A DNA stretch of 50,468 nucleotides from an uncultured Clostridia bacterium (lineage in GTDB: Bacteria; Bacillota; Clostridia; Oscillospirales; CAG-272), in contig CAMJCC010000003.1 of the NCBI GenBank assembly GCA_946404035.1, positions 1-50,468 on the forward strand. The letters run 5' to 3'. The notes beneath the pieces are model-generated. The model was not told the DNA's origin. It saw nothing but the letters and a program-made list of their open reading frames with translations, and made no database searches. Position numbers and translations under genes: made by a program. Of this stretch, positions 1-8,252 are shown piece after piece. Each line of letters starts with the position of its first letter. Position 1 is the stretch's first letter.

Positions 1-2
1 CG

Positions 3-539
3 ACGGTGACGTCCACGATGTATGATATGTCCCGCGTGGCAGGCAACGGATACTTTGACTCTGCCGACAACGAGGAAGCGCGGCATCAGGCGCGAATTGC
101 TGTCAACGCGCAGCGGACGCAGGACTACAAAACAGGCGAATACGTCAGAGCCGGAGGGGTGGTCGATCCGCTGCCGGATGACGCGCCGTACTTTGTCAAG
201 GACTACTACGCGTATTACAAAACGCCGCGCGGCTATCATCCCCGTTCTCTGAACTCAAACGACGGCTGGACGGCGAGCACCGGTACTTCGCTTATGAATA
301 CTCGGCTGTTCACCTACGCGAAAGAGATCCGCTCCGCCGTGCTGATGATCCACGGCGACAAGGCGCATTCCTGCTATATGAGCCGCGACGCCTACGCCGA
401 TATGGTGAAGGACAGCAAATACGCGGACAACAAAGAGCTGTATATCATCCCCGGCGCGTCGCATACAGACCTTTACGATCAGACGGATATCATTCCCTTT
501 GACAAGATCGAAGCATTTATGAAGGAGAATTTGAAATGA
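3..539 (+). CDS. alpha/beta-hydrolase family protein, C-terminal part (5' end lies outside the window)
   Basis: Frame is open from the window edge. Motifs LMIHGDKAHS and IIPGASHTDLYD (catalytic His region) match YcjY-like hydrolases. Stop overlaps the next start (ATGA). Confidence 0.8.
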   Translation, partial: TVTSTMYDMSRVAGNGYFDSADNEEARHQARIAVNAQRTQDYKTGEYVRAGGVVDPLPDDAPYFVKDYYAYYKTPRGYHPRSLNSNDGWTASTGTSLMNTRLFTYAKEIRSAVLMIHGDKAHSCYMSRDAYADMVKDSKYADNKELYIIPGASHTDLYDQTDIIPFDKIEAFMKENLK

Positions 540-1078
540 GCAAGGTACTTGTAATCACGACCAGTTTGAGAGCAAAGAGCAATTCCGATATCCTCGCCGA
601 GCGGCTGATCGCCGGAGCGAAGGATGCCGGACACGACGTTGAGCTGATCGGTCTTAAGGGTAAAACCGTCAAGTTTTGCATTGGTTGCCTTGCCTGTCAG
701 AAAACGCAGAAATGCGTGCTGAAGGACGACGCGGTTGAGATCGCAGAAAAGGTCAGGAACGCCGACACGCTCGTATTCGTGACTCCGATCTATTATTACG
801 AGATGAGCGGGCAGATGAAAACGCTGCTTGACAGGATGAACCCGCTGTTTTTGTCCGACTATAAGTTCCGCCGGGTGTATCTGCTTTCGGTCGCGGCGGA
901 GGATGAAGAAACCACGCCCGAAAAAGCGGTGAACGGATTGCAGGGCTGGGTGGATTGTTTTGAGAAAGCGGAGCTTGCGGGATCGCTGTTCTGCGGCGGG
1001 ATCACTGACGCCGGCGAAGCAGGCAGTCACCTGAGCAAACTGGAGGAAGCGTATGAATTCGGGAAAAAGCTTTTATAA
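536..1078 (+). CDS. flavodoxin / NADPH-dependent FMN reductase family (iron-sulfur flavoprotein-like)
   Basis: TSLRAKSNS FMN-phosphate loop, CIGCLACQKTQKC Cys cluster, TPIYYYEMSGQMKTLLDR; aaggag RBS upstream. Confidence 0.85.
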   Translation: MSKVLVITTSLRAKSNSDILAERLIAGAKDAGHDVELIGLKGKTVKFCIGCLACQKTQKCVLKDDAVEIAEKVRNADTLVFVTPIYYYEMSGQMKTLLDRMNPLFLSDYKFRRVYLLSVAAEDEETTPEKAVNGLQGWVDCFEKAELAGSLFCGGITDAGEAGSHLSKLEEAYEFGKKLL

Positions 1079-1655
1079 AATCTTTGCCGTCGTGATTACC
1101 GTTTTTACTCTGCTGATCTGTTTTTCCGCCTGTGGCAACCCGAACACAGCGCCGGTATCGGACGACGTTTCACAACCGGAAGCGACTTCACAAAACGCCT
1201 ATGAACAAACCACGGCGGAAACAACTGTACCTCCGGCAGAAAGCAAACCGGAAGAAACGCAGAGTGAAACGAGCAAAGAAACGGAGGAAGAACCTGCAGT
1301 GAAAACGTTGACAATGAAGATCGGCAGCACGACGGTCACCGTTGACTGGGAAGATAACGAATCCGTCGCCGCGCTCAGAGAACTGGTAAAAGATAAACCG
1401 CTGACGGTACAAATGTCAATGTACGGCGGCTTTGAGCAGGTCGGCTCACTTGGAACAAGTCTGCCGAGAAACGACAGTCAGACTACGACCGCCGCAGGAG
1501 ATATCGTGCTGTATTCAGGAAATCAGATCGTGGTGTTCTACGGTTCCAATTCTTGGGCATATACACGGCTCGGACACGTTACCGACAAAACCGCAGCGGA
1601 AATGGCGGAACTGCTTGGCAACGGGAATGTAACGATCGAAATATCATTGACATAG
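1053..1655 (+). CDS. lipoprotein with cyclophilin-like-fold C-terminal domain
   Basis: ggagg RBS, lipobox FSA-C, T/E/P-rich linker, then MSMYGGFEQVGSLG...AGDIVLYSGNQIVVFYGSNSWAYTRLG typical of cyclophilin-like-fold proteins. Confidence 0.8.
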   Translation: MNSGKSFYKIFAVVITVFTLLICFSACGNPNTAPVSDDVSQPEATSQNAYEQTTAETTVPPAESKPEETQSETSKETEEEPAVKTLTMKIGSTTVTVDWEDNESVAALRELVKDKPLTVQMSMYGGFEQVGSLGTSLPRNDSQTTTAAGDIVLYSGNQIVVFYGSNSWAYTRLGHVTDKTAAEMAELLGNGNVTIEISLT

Positions 1656-1657
1656 CG

Positions 1658-1708
1658 TGTATCTTTTACGCGCTTTTAGCTTGGAAATGTATCTTTTGGG
1701 CGCTCTTA
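1658..1708. repeat. imperfect 21-bp direct repeat pair with 30-bp period
   Basis: tgtatcttttacgcgctttta (1658-1678) and tgtatcttttgggcgctctta (1688-1708). Confidence 0.8.
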
Positions 1709-1710
1709 TA

Positions 1711-1758
1711 CAAATGAAGAACGGAGAACCGGCTATGCGGCTCTCCGTTCTTCATTTG
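1711..1758. terminator. long hairpin, probable terminator of the cargo operon
   Basis: Perfect 17-bp arms caaatgaagaacggaga / tctccgttcttcatttg. Confidence 0.65.
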
Positions 1759-1982
1759 GTCTTCTCCTGCAAGTGTAAGGAACCTGCACCGAAAACGCGC
1801 GGCGGAGCCGTGGTTTTCCGGGCGCTTGCGCAAGCATTTTGTTTTTCTTTTTTTCGGGCGAAAAACCGTGTTTTGAATACGAACGCCGGACCGACAGGAT
1901 CGTCGGGCCGGCGTTCGTTTATCGCCTTTCGCCGTTCCACCGCGGCGACTACATAATTTTGCTATTTTGTGATGAAATCCTC

Positions 1983-2011
1983 TTCCATTTTTTTATTTTT
2001 TGTGCTATACT
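1983..2011 (+). promoter_or_regulatory. putative sigma-A promoter of the phosphorelay operon
   Basis: TTCCAT-17-TATACT with TG extended -10, in an AT-rich tract. Confidence 0.5.
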
Positions 2012-2108
2012 TAATATATATATTTTTATTCATTGAATTTTTGCCTTATAGTTTAAGGCAAATTCGTCGTTTTTTGCGGGAAGAGAATGACAGGAGGGCG
2101 GAAGCACG

Positions 2109-4646
2109 ATGAAAAAAAGTTGGGTCATAATCGTCAACGTGATTATTATGATCGCAATGCTGACTTTTGTTGTTCTTTATTCCAACTATGAGAACAAAAA
2201 CGCGACGCAGATGCAGATTGAGCACTTTGAGAATACCACGATCACGATGAAGCACGTGACCGAGAACTATCTGGAGGGCGAACAGCGCATCTGCGACGTG
2301 TGGGCGCGGTATATCAACAGTAAGGATATGACCATCGAAGAGGCGGTCTCGTTCATCCGGATCTCTCACGTTTTGCCGAACGCCTCCGTGCATATCGTGT
2401 ATCTGGATACGCTGTCCGGTCTGTCTACCAAAGCGCGGCAGGACGCGCCCGACAACTTTTCCGTTTCTTACGCGTCGATGGACTTTTTGAAAGACGTGAG
2501 TTGGATCAACGAGATCGGGCAATCCATCAACGTTTCCCGCGCGTATACCAACCCGGTCAACGGGGAACAGTCGATCGCGTTCTGCAATTCGATCACGCTT
2601 CACGATACCGAGACCGGAGATCCCCGGGGCGCCATCCTGCTGCGTGTGCTGCCGATCGCGGAACTGGAAGAAAAATGGATCTTCCCGAAAGAGGAGTTTG
2701 CAAACGCCGAACTCTCGATGATCGACGCGGACGGCGATTATATCATCAAGGGCCATTCCTACAAGAATTCCAATCTTTTCGAGTTTTACAGGTCCTATAA
2801 CGTGATCGATCCCGCCGATGCGCAGGAACTCTTCGGAGAGATCACCTCGTCGACCGGCTCCTGCACGATGAAGAACTCCCGCGGCGAGGAATGTATCCTC
2901 GCCTATACGCCGCTTGCCGCGACCGAGGGATGGACGCTCCTCTGCTTTTTGCCGATAAGAGAGTTGAACGTAAATACCGAAAACTGGCTTCTGATCGGGG
3001 TCGTTTCGGCGGGGCTCGTGATCCTGTTCGTTTTCGACTTGGCGGTGATGCTTCTCTTCAACAAGAAACTCCAGTCGGCGGCAAAGGAAGCGGCGGCGGC
3101 GAACCGAGCGAAAACCGATTTCCTCTCGATGATGTCTCACGATATCCGCACGCCGATGAACGCGATCATCGGGCTTACGACCATCGCGGAAAAGAACATC
3201 GAAGACACGAAATCGGTGCAGGAAAACCTGCGCAAGATCACGCTTGCAAGCAATCATCTGCTTACCCTGATCAACGATATTCTCGATATTTCCAAGGTCG
3301 AGAGCGGAAAACTGAACTTCTGCCCGCAGACGTTCTCCATCGTCGAGACGGCGGACAATCTCGTCAACCTGTCCCACCCGATGATCAAGGAAAAGAACAT
3401 CGAGTTCGATTTCCGCATCGGGCAGATCGACGTGGAGTATATCTACGCCGACCAGCTCCGCCTGAACCAGATCTATATCAATATTCTGTCGAACGCCATC
3501 AAGTACACCGAGCCCGGCGGCAGCATCTGGGTAGATATGCGCGAGGAAGCCAGCGCCAAACCCGGCTGCGTCCGCCTGATCTACGTTGTGGCAGATACCG
3601 GGATCGGGATGTCGCCCGAGTATATGGCGACGCTGTATCAGCCCTTCTCGCGCCAGACCGACAGCCGCGTGAACCGCATTCAGGGGACGGGTCTCGGTCT
3701 TGCGATCACGAAACAGATGGTCGACCTGCTCGGCGGGATCATCGATTGCGAGAGCGAGCAGGGCAAAGGAACGACCTTTACCGTTACGCTCGATCTTCCG
3801 ATCGCGGATCGGCAACGGGATGATATGAAACTCGAGCCGATGGACGTCCTCGTCGTCGACGACGACGAGATCTTCCTCGAAACCGCGGTCGACACGCTGA
3901 CCTCTCTCGGCGTCAACGCCGACCGTGCGGGCAGCGGGCCCGAAGCGATCGGTATGATCCGCCGCCGCCACGAGGCGGGACGCGATTACCGCATCGTGAT
4001 CCTCGACTGGAAGATGCCCGACGTCGACGGCGTCGAGACCATCCGCCGCATCCGCGAGGAGGCGGACAAGGACCTTCCCATTCTCCTGATCTCCGCCTAC
4101 GATTGGTCGGATATCGAGGACGCGGCGAGGGAAGCCGGGGCAAACGGCTTTGTCAGCAAGCCGCTGTTCCGCTCCACGCTGTACGATAAGATCAACGAGA
4201 TCCTCGGAACCACGGCAAAATCCGTCGAGCCGGAGAACGACTATTCCGATCTGCAAGGAATGAACGTACTGGTCGCCGAGGACAACGATATCAACTGGGA
4301 GATCATTTCCACCCTGCTCGGTATGTACGGGATCACGGCCGAGCGCGCCGAAAACGGGCGTATCTGCGTGGAAAAAATGAGATCGGCGGAAAAGGATCGC
4401 TACGATCTGATCTTTATGGATATCCAGATGCCGGAGATGAACGGGCTGGACGCCACAAGAAAGATCCGCGCGCTGGACGACCCGTGGGCGTCCTCCGTCC
4501 CGATCGTTGCCATGACGGCGGACGCGTTCCCCGAAAACGTCACGGAATGTCTTAATGCCGGAATGAACGGACACATCGCAAAACCCATCGACATCAAACT
4601 CGTTACCAAAGAGATCCGCAGAATAAAGGAGGAAAAGAAAAAATGA
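2109..4646 (+). CDS. hybrid sensor histidine kinase (TM, Cache-like extracytoplasmic domain, TM, HisKA, HATPase, REC, REC)
   Basis: H-box FLSMMSHDIRTPMNAIIG; N-box NILSNAIKYT; G boxes DTGIGM and GTGLGL; two receivers (VVDDD..ILDWKMP and VAEDN..FMDIQMP); aggagg RBS. Confidence 0.95.
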   Translation: MKKSWVIIVNVIIMIAMLTFVVLYSNYENKNATQMQIEHFENTTITMKHVTENYLEGEQRICDVWARYINSKDMTIEEAVSFIRISHVLPNASVHIVYLDTLSGLSTKARQDAPDNFSVSYASMDFLKDVSWINEIGQSINVSRAYTNPVNGEQSIAFCNSITLHDTETGDPRGAILLRVLPIAELEEKWIFPKEEFANAELSMIDADGDYIIKGHSYKNSNLFEFYRSYNVIDPADAQELFGEITSSTGSCTMKNSRGEECILAYTPLAATEGWTLLCFLPIRELNVNTENWLLIGVVSAGLVILFVFDLAVMLLFNKKLQSAAKEAAAANRAKTDFLSMMSHDIRTPMNAIIGLTTIAEKNIEDTKSVQENLRKITLASNHLLTLINDILDISKVESGKLNFCPQTFSIVETADNLVNLSHPMIKEKNIEFDFRIGQIDVEYIYADQLRLNQIYINILSNAIKYTEPGGSIWVDMREEASAKPGCVRLIYVVADTGIGMSPEYMATLYQPFSRQTDSRVNRIQGTGLGLAITKQMVDLLGGIIDCESEQGKGTTFTVTLDLPIADRQRDDMKLEPMDVLVVDDDEIFLETAVDTLTSLGVNADRAGSGPEAIGMIRRRHEAGRDYRIVILDWKMPDVDGVETIRRIREEADKDLPILLISAYDWSDIEDAAREAGANGFVSKPLFRSTLYDKINEILGTTAKSVEPENDYSDLQGMNVLVAEDNDINWEIISTLLGMYGITAERAENGRICVEKMRSAEKDRYDLIFMDIQMPEMNGLDATRKIRALDDPWASSVPIVAMTADAFPENVTECLNAGMNGHIAKPIDIKLVTKEIRRIKEEKKK

Positions 4647-5923
4647 AAAAACCGCTCATTACCCTTTTGCTCGTCCTCGCGCTTTTGACGCTGCTTGCCG
4701 CGTGCGGCAAGAACAAGGACGAAGCCTTCGAGCCGGCGCTCGACACCGAAACGAGTTGCAGTATCACCGTCGTCGGAAGTTACGATAACTTCGAGGCGCT
4801 GGAAGCCGAGTTCGATAGATTTAACGTGTTTTATCCCAACGTACGCCTCCGCTACGTGAAGTTGGACGACTATAACAACACGCTCGCCGCGGCGCTGGAC
4901 GGCAACGACAAGCCCAACATCTTCTTCTCAAACGCCGGGATGATCGGGAACGAGAAGTACAACTCGGTCTTCGCGCATACCGAGGACCTTTCCGACCCCG
5001 CCTTGAAACTGGATCTGAACTGCATCCGCTCGGGACTTATCAACAGAGACGCCGACGGCGCCGTCCGGATGGTGCCGGTCTTCTCCCGGACCTACGGGAT
5101 GCTGGTGAACTACGCCCTGTTTGAAAAGGAAGGGCTCTCGGTCCCGACCACGTGGGAAGAGCTGCTGTCGGTCTGTCAGGCGTTCAAGGATAAGGACTAC
5201 GCCAGCCCGATGATGGGGTACAGTCAGAAATCGTCCAGTTGTCTGATGTATACGGTCGCTTATCCGATGTTTGCCGCCGCGCTCGCGGAAAACCCGGACG
5301 TGCTCGCCAAGGCAAACGCGCTTGATCCCGCGGCGGGCGAATATATGCGCACGGCGCTGGAAGCGGTCGATCAACTCGTCAAGTCCGGCTGCGTCGACCT
5401 CAAGGAGTGCAACGAGATCGCGGACAACTATACCCAGGTGATCCTGCGCTTCTTCGAGGGCGACGTGCCGATGATGATCTGCGCCGGGGACACCGTGTCC
5501 GGGACCAAGAAACGGGAAAGCCAGTCCGAGGCGTTCAAGAACGCGCCGTTTGAATACGCTTTCGCGCCGATCCCCCTGACCGCGGATGGCGGGTATTTCA
5601 TCGACAGCCCGTCGGTAGAGTTTTCGGTCAACAAGGAATGCAACGATCTGGAAATGACAAATGAGTTCATGCGTTTCCTGATCTCCAAGAAAGAACTGAA
5701 CGAGATGGCATCCGTAAAGCGTCTGGTGACCCCCACGGCGGACCTGTCATTTGACACGGTGTACGCTCCGTTCGGGAACATCCCCGCGAGCCGCACCATT
5801 TCCCCCGAGGTGATCGGGATCACGGATCCGCTCACGGTACAGATCCGCGTCGCGGCGTTCAAGGTCGGGAAAGGGGATCTGACCATCGACCAAGCCGTCG
5901 AGCAGTACGGAACCTTTAAGTAA
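4643..5923 (+). CDS. extracellular solute-binding lipoprotein (sugar-binding family 1-like)
   Basis: Lipobox LAA-C, YGMLVNYALFEKEGLSVPTTWEELL, FFEGDVPMM; ATGA overlap with the kinase stop. Confidence 0.85.
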   Translation: MKKPLITLLLVLALLTLLAACGKNKDEAFEPALDTETSCSITVVGSYDNFEALEAEFDRFNVFYPNVRLRYVKLDDYNNTLAAALDGNDKPNIFFSNAGMIGNEKYNSVFAHTEDLSDPALKLDLNCIRSGLINRDADGAVRMVPVFSRTYGMLVNYALFEKEGLSVPTTWEELLSVCQAFKDKDYASPMMGYSQKSSSCLMYTVAYPMFAAALAENPDVLAKANALDPAAGEYMRTALEAVDQLVKSGCVDLKECNEIADNYTQVILRFFEGDVPMMICAGDTVSGTKKRESQSEAFKNAPFEYAFAPIPLTADGGYFIDSPSVEFSVNKECNDLEMTNEFMRFLISKKELNEMASVKRLVTPTADLSFDTVYAPFGNIPASRTISPEVIGITDPLTVQIRVAAFKVGKGDLTIDQAVEQYGTFK

Positions 5924-5984
5924 ATAATCCGAATAAAAAAACCGCCGGCGATGCCGGATAAGAGAACAGGTAAGGAGGATCAAA

Positions 5985-7712
5985 ATGACAGCCGAGATCC
6001 GAAACAGCGAACTGCCGTCTGAACCCGGAGCCGATCGGAAACGAAAGATCCTGATCGTCGAGGACGAGTTCGTCAACCGAGAGATCCTGTCCGCGATGCT
6101 TGCAAGCGAATACGAGGTGATCCCCGTCGGGTCCGGCGCGGACGCCGAAGAGGCGCTCCGCCGTCAATTCGGGGAGATCAGTCTCGTTTTGCTCGACCTG
6201 AACCTGCCGGATCGGCACGGTCTTGACATTCTGCGGGAATTGAAGGACGATCCGCGCACGTCAAAGATCCCGGTGATCGTCCTGACCTCCGATAAGGAAG
6301 CCGAGGTCGAGTGTTTGAACGTCGGCGCCATCGACTTTATCCCGAAGCCCTATCCCATCCCGAAGGTCGTGCAGGCGCGCGTCCGCAGGACCATCGAACT
6401 CTCGGAGGATCGCGACCTGATCCGCTATACCGAACGCGATCACCTGACCGGGCTTTATACCCGGGAGTATTTCTACCGCTACGCCGCGCAGTACGACGTT
6501 TACAACAGGGACGTGCAGACCGACGCGCTGGTTCTGGACGTCAATCATTTCCAGATGATCAACGAACGCTTCGGAAAGCAGTATGCCGACGGGGTGCTCG
6601 TCCGGATCGCGCGGGCGATCGTTTCGGCTGTCGGCGCTTCGGGCGGGATCGCCTGCCGCCGCAGCGCCGATATGTTCCTCGTTTACTGTCCGCATCTTTT
6701 GGATTATCAGGCGTTCCTCGACGGGATCGTCACCGCCGCCTGCGGCGAAGACAAGGGACGGATCCGCATCCGTCTCGGCGTTTGCGCGGGGGCGGACAAG
6801 TCGGTCGAGATGCAGACGCGGTTTGACCGCGCGAAGATCGCCGCCGACACCGTCCGGGGCAGTTTCACCGACTGCGTCGCTTTCTACGACAACGCGATGC
6901 ACGAAAAGGAGATCTACGCCGAGCGTCTGCTTGACGAGTTTCAGGCGGCGATCGACGGAAAGCAGTTTTCGGTCTACTTCCAGCCGAAGTTCGACGTGCG
7001 CCCCGAAAAGCCGATCCTCTCCGGCGCGGAGGCGCTGGTGCGGTGGATCCACCCCGAACTCGGCGTCATCTCCCCGGGCGTGTTCATCCCGCTGTTTGAA
7101 AACAACGGCTTGATCCGTATGCTGGACCACTACGTGTGGCAAGAGACCGTCGAGCGGATCGGAGAGTGGAAGAGGAAATTCGGCTGTACCGTTCCGGTCT
7201 CGGTCAACGTTTCGCGGGTCGATATGCTGGACCCCGATCTTGTCGAAACGCTCGTCGATCTGATCCGGGGCGGGGGGTTGGAGTTCTCCGACCTGCACCT
7301 TGAGATCACCGAGACCGCCTACACCGAGGACGCGCGGCAGATCATCTCGACGGTGAACCGTCTGCGCGAGACCGGGTTCGTGATTGAAATGGACGATTTC
7401 GGTTCGGGGTATTCCTCCCTGAATATGATCGCCACCCTGCCGATCGACGTTCTCAAACTGGATATGGCGTTCATTCGGAATGTATTTCGGGAAAACGGGA
7501 ACCTCCGTATGCTGAAAGTGATCGTCGAGATCGCGGAGACTCTATCCGTCCCGATGATCGCCGAGGGCGTCGAAAAAGAGGAGCAGTTGAACGCCCTGCG
7601 CGAGATGGGCTGCGCTATGGTACAGGGGTACTATTTCTCCCCGCCGCTGCCGCCCGGCGAATTTGAAAAGCATATCCGGGAGTGGCTTCCGCAGGGACGA
7701 GAAAAGGAGTAG
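5985..7712 (+). CDS. REC-GGDEF(degenerate)-EAL protein, probable c-di-GMP phosphodiesterase
   Basis: Receiver IVEDE..LLDLNLP..KP; DHLTGLY; GGDEF replaced by SADMF; intact EAL, DDFGSGYSS, KLD, EGVE and QGYY motifs. Confidence 0.92.
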   Translation: MTAEIRNSELPSEPGADRKRKILIVEDEFVNREILSAMLASEYEVIPVGSGADAEEALRRQFGEISLVLLDLNLPDRHGLDILRELKDDPRTSKIPVIVLTSDKEAEVECLNVGAIDFIPKPYPIPKVVQARVRRTIELSEDRDLIRYTERDHLTGLYTREYFYRYAAQYDVYNRDVQTDALVLDVNHFQMINERFGKQYADGVLVRIARAIVSAVGASGGIACRRSADMFLVYCPHLLDYQAFLDGIVTAACGEDKGRIRIRLGVCAGADKSVEMQTRFDRAKIAADTVRGSFTDCVAFYDNAMHEKEIYAERLLDEFQAAIDGKQFSVYFQPKFDVRPEKPILSGAEALVRWIHPELGVISPGVFIPLFENNGLIRMLDHYVWQETVERIGEWKRKFGCTVPVSVNVSRVDMLDPDLVETLVDLIRGGGLEFSDLHLEITETAYTEDARQIISTVNRLRETGFVIEMDDFGSGYSSLNMIATLPIDVLKLDMAFIRNVFRENGNLRMLKVIVEIAETLSVPMIAEGVEKEEQLNALREMGCAMVQGYYFSPPLPPGEFEKHIREWLPQGREKE

Positions 7713-7717
7713 AAACA

Positions 7718-8059
7718 ATGCTGACCGTTGAAAAACTGCGTGCGTTTGGCGCCAACGTGGAGGAGGGTCTTCAAAGGTGCGTCGGGAACGAAACGCTGTA
7801 TCTTGCTCTGGTGAAAAAAGCGATCCGCGATCCCGCGTACGATCAACTGCGGGAGGCGGCGGAAAAAAAGGATCTCGACCGGGGGTTTGAGATCGCGCAC
7901 GCCTTAAAAGGGGTAACGGCGAACCTCTCCCTGACCCCTCTTTGCGATCTGATCTCCGGGATCACCGAACTGTTCCGGCACAAAACCGACGCCGATTACG
8001 TTCCCATCGCCGCGGCGATCATCGCCAAACGCGACGAGTTGACCGCGTTGGATAATTGA
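7718..8059 (+). CDS. Hpt (histidine phosphotransfer) protein
   Basis: AHALKGVTANL Hpt motif; start moved to the ATG at 7718 after an aaggag RBS. Confidence 0.88.
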   Translation: MLTVEKLRAFGANVEEGLQRCVGNETLYLALVKKAIRDPAYDQLREAAEKKDLDRGFEIAHALKGVTANLSLTPLCDLISGITELFRHKTDADYVPIAAAIIAKRDELTALDN

Positions 8060-8089
8060 AAAAAGCGAGGGTAAACCCCTCGCTTTTTT
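8059..8089 (+). terminator. intrinsic terminator
   Basis: aaaaaagcgaggg-taaac-ccctcgctttttt. Confidence 0.85.
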
Positions 8090-8159
8090 CGTTTTGGGTG
8101 GGTCTATCGGGCTTTTGGGACCCGTCTTGCACTTTTTTTCGTTTTTCCGAACTTATATA

Positions 8160-8188
8160 TTGCTATTTTTGCCTTTATATTATATAAT
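8160..8188 (+). promoter_or_regulatory. sigma-A promoter
   Basis: TTGCTA-17-TATAAT. Confidence 0.65.
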
Positions 8189-8191
8189 GAA

Positions 8192-8209
8192 TTGTCAAAC
8201 GATTAACAA
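8192..8209. promoter_or_regulatory. Rex-like palindromic operator
   Basis: TTGTCAA-ACGA-TTAACAA, one mismatch to the clostridial Rex consensus TTGTTAA-N4-TTAACAA; overlaps the predicted TSS. Confidence 0.5.
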
Positions 8210-8252
8210 TTTGAGGTGCTTTGACGTGTTGTCTAACAAAAAGGAGAAAAAC

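Larger units (their letters stand above)
1..1790. mobile_element. putative terminal segment of an integrated element or island
   Basis: Third codon positions are visibly more A/T-rich than in the rest of the window, cargo-type genes, terminal direct repeats and an imperfect dyad at 1768-1790. No recombinase gene in the window. Confidence 0.4.

Noticed and set aside
1658-1708. Possible CRISPR remnant
   Set aside because: Only two imperfect 21-bp units with a 9-bp gap, and no cas genes.
1879-1918. GC hairpin sharing 'caggatcg..ggccggcg' with the hairpin near 14935-14957, a possible dispersed REP
   Set aside because: Similarity is short and the stems pair differently; compatible with chance in GC-rich terminator-like DNA.
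1657-2036. Short ORFs across the intergenic region
   Set aside because: They run through repeats, hairpins and a promoter, with no RBS and low-complexity translations.
2012-2108. c-di-GMP riboswitch upstream of the signalling operon
   Set aside because: No GEMM-like two-hairpin consensus is recognisable by eye.
2046-4574. 842-aa antisense ORF, and similar long minus or alternate-frame ORFs (8490-10796, 21065-22435, 31080-32903, 39085-41028, 41797-43614, 46838-48601)
   Set aside because: They mirror well-supported genes codon for codon. Strong C/G third-position bias removes antisense stops, and they show no RBS or recognisable motifs.
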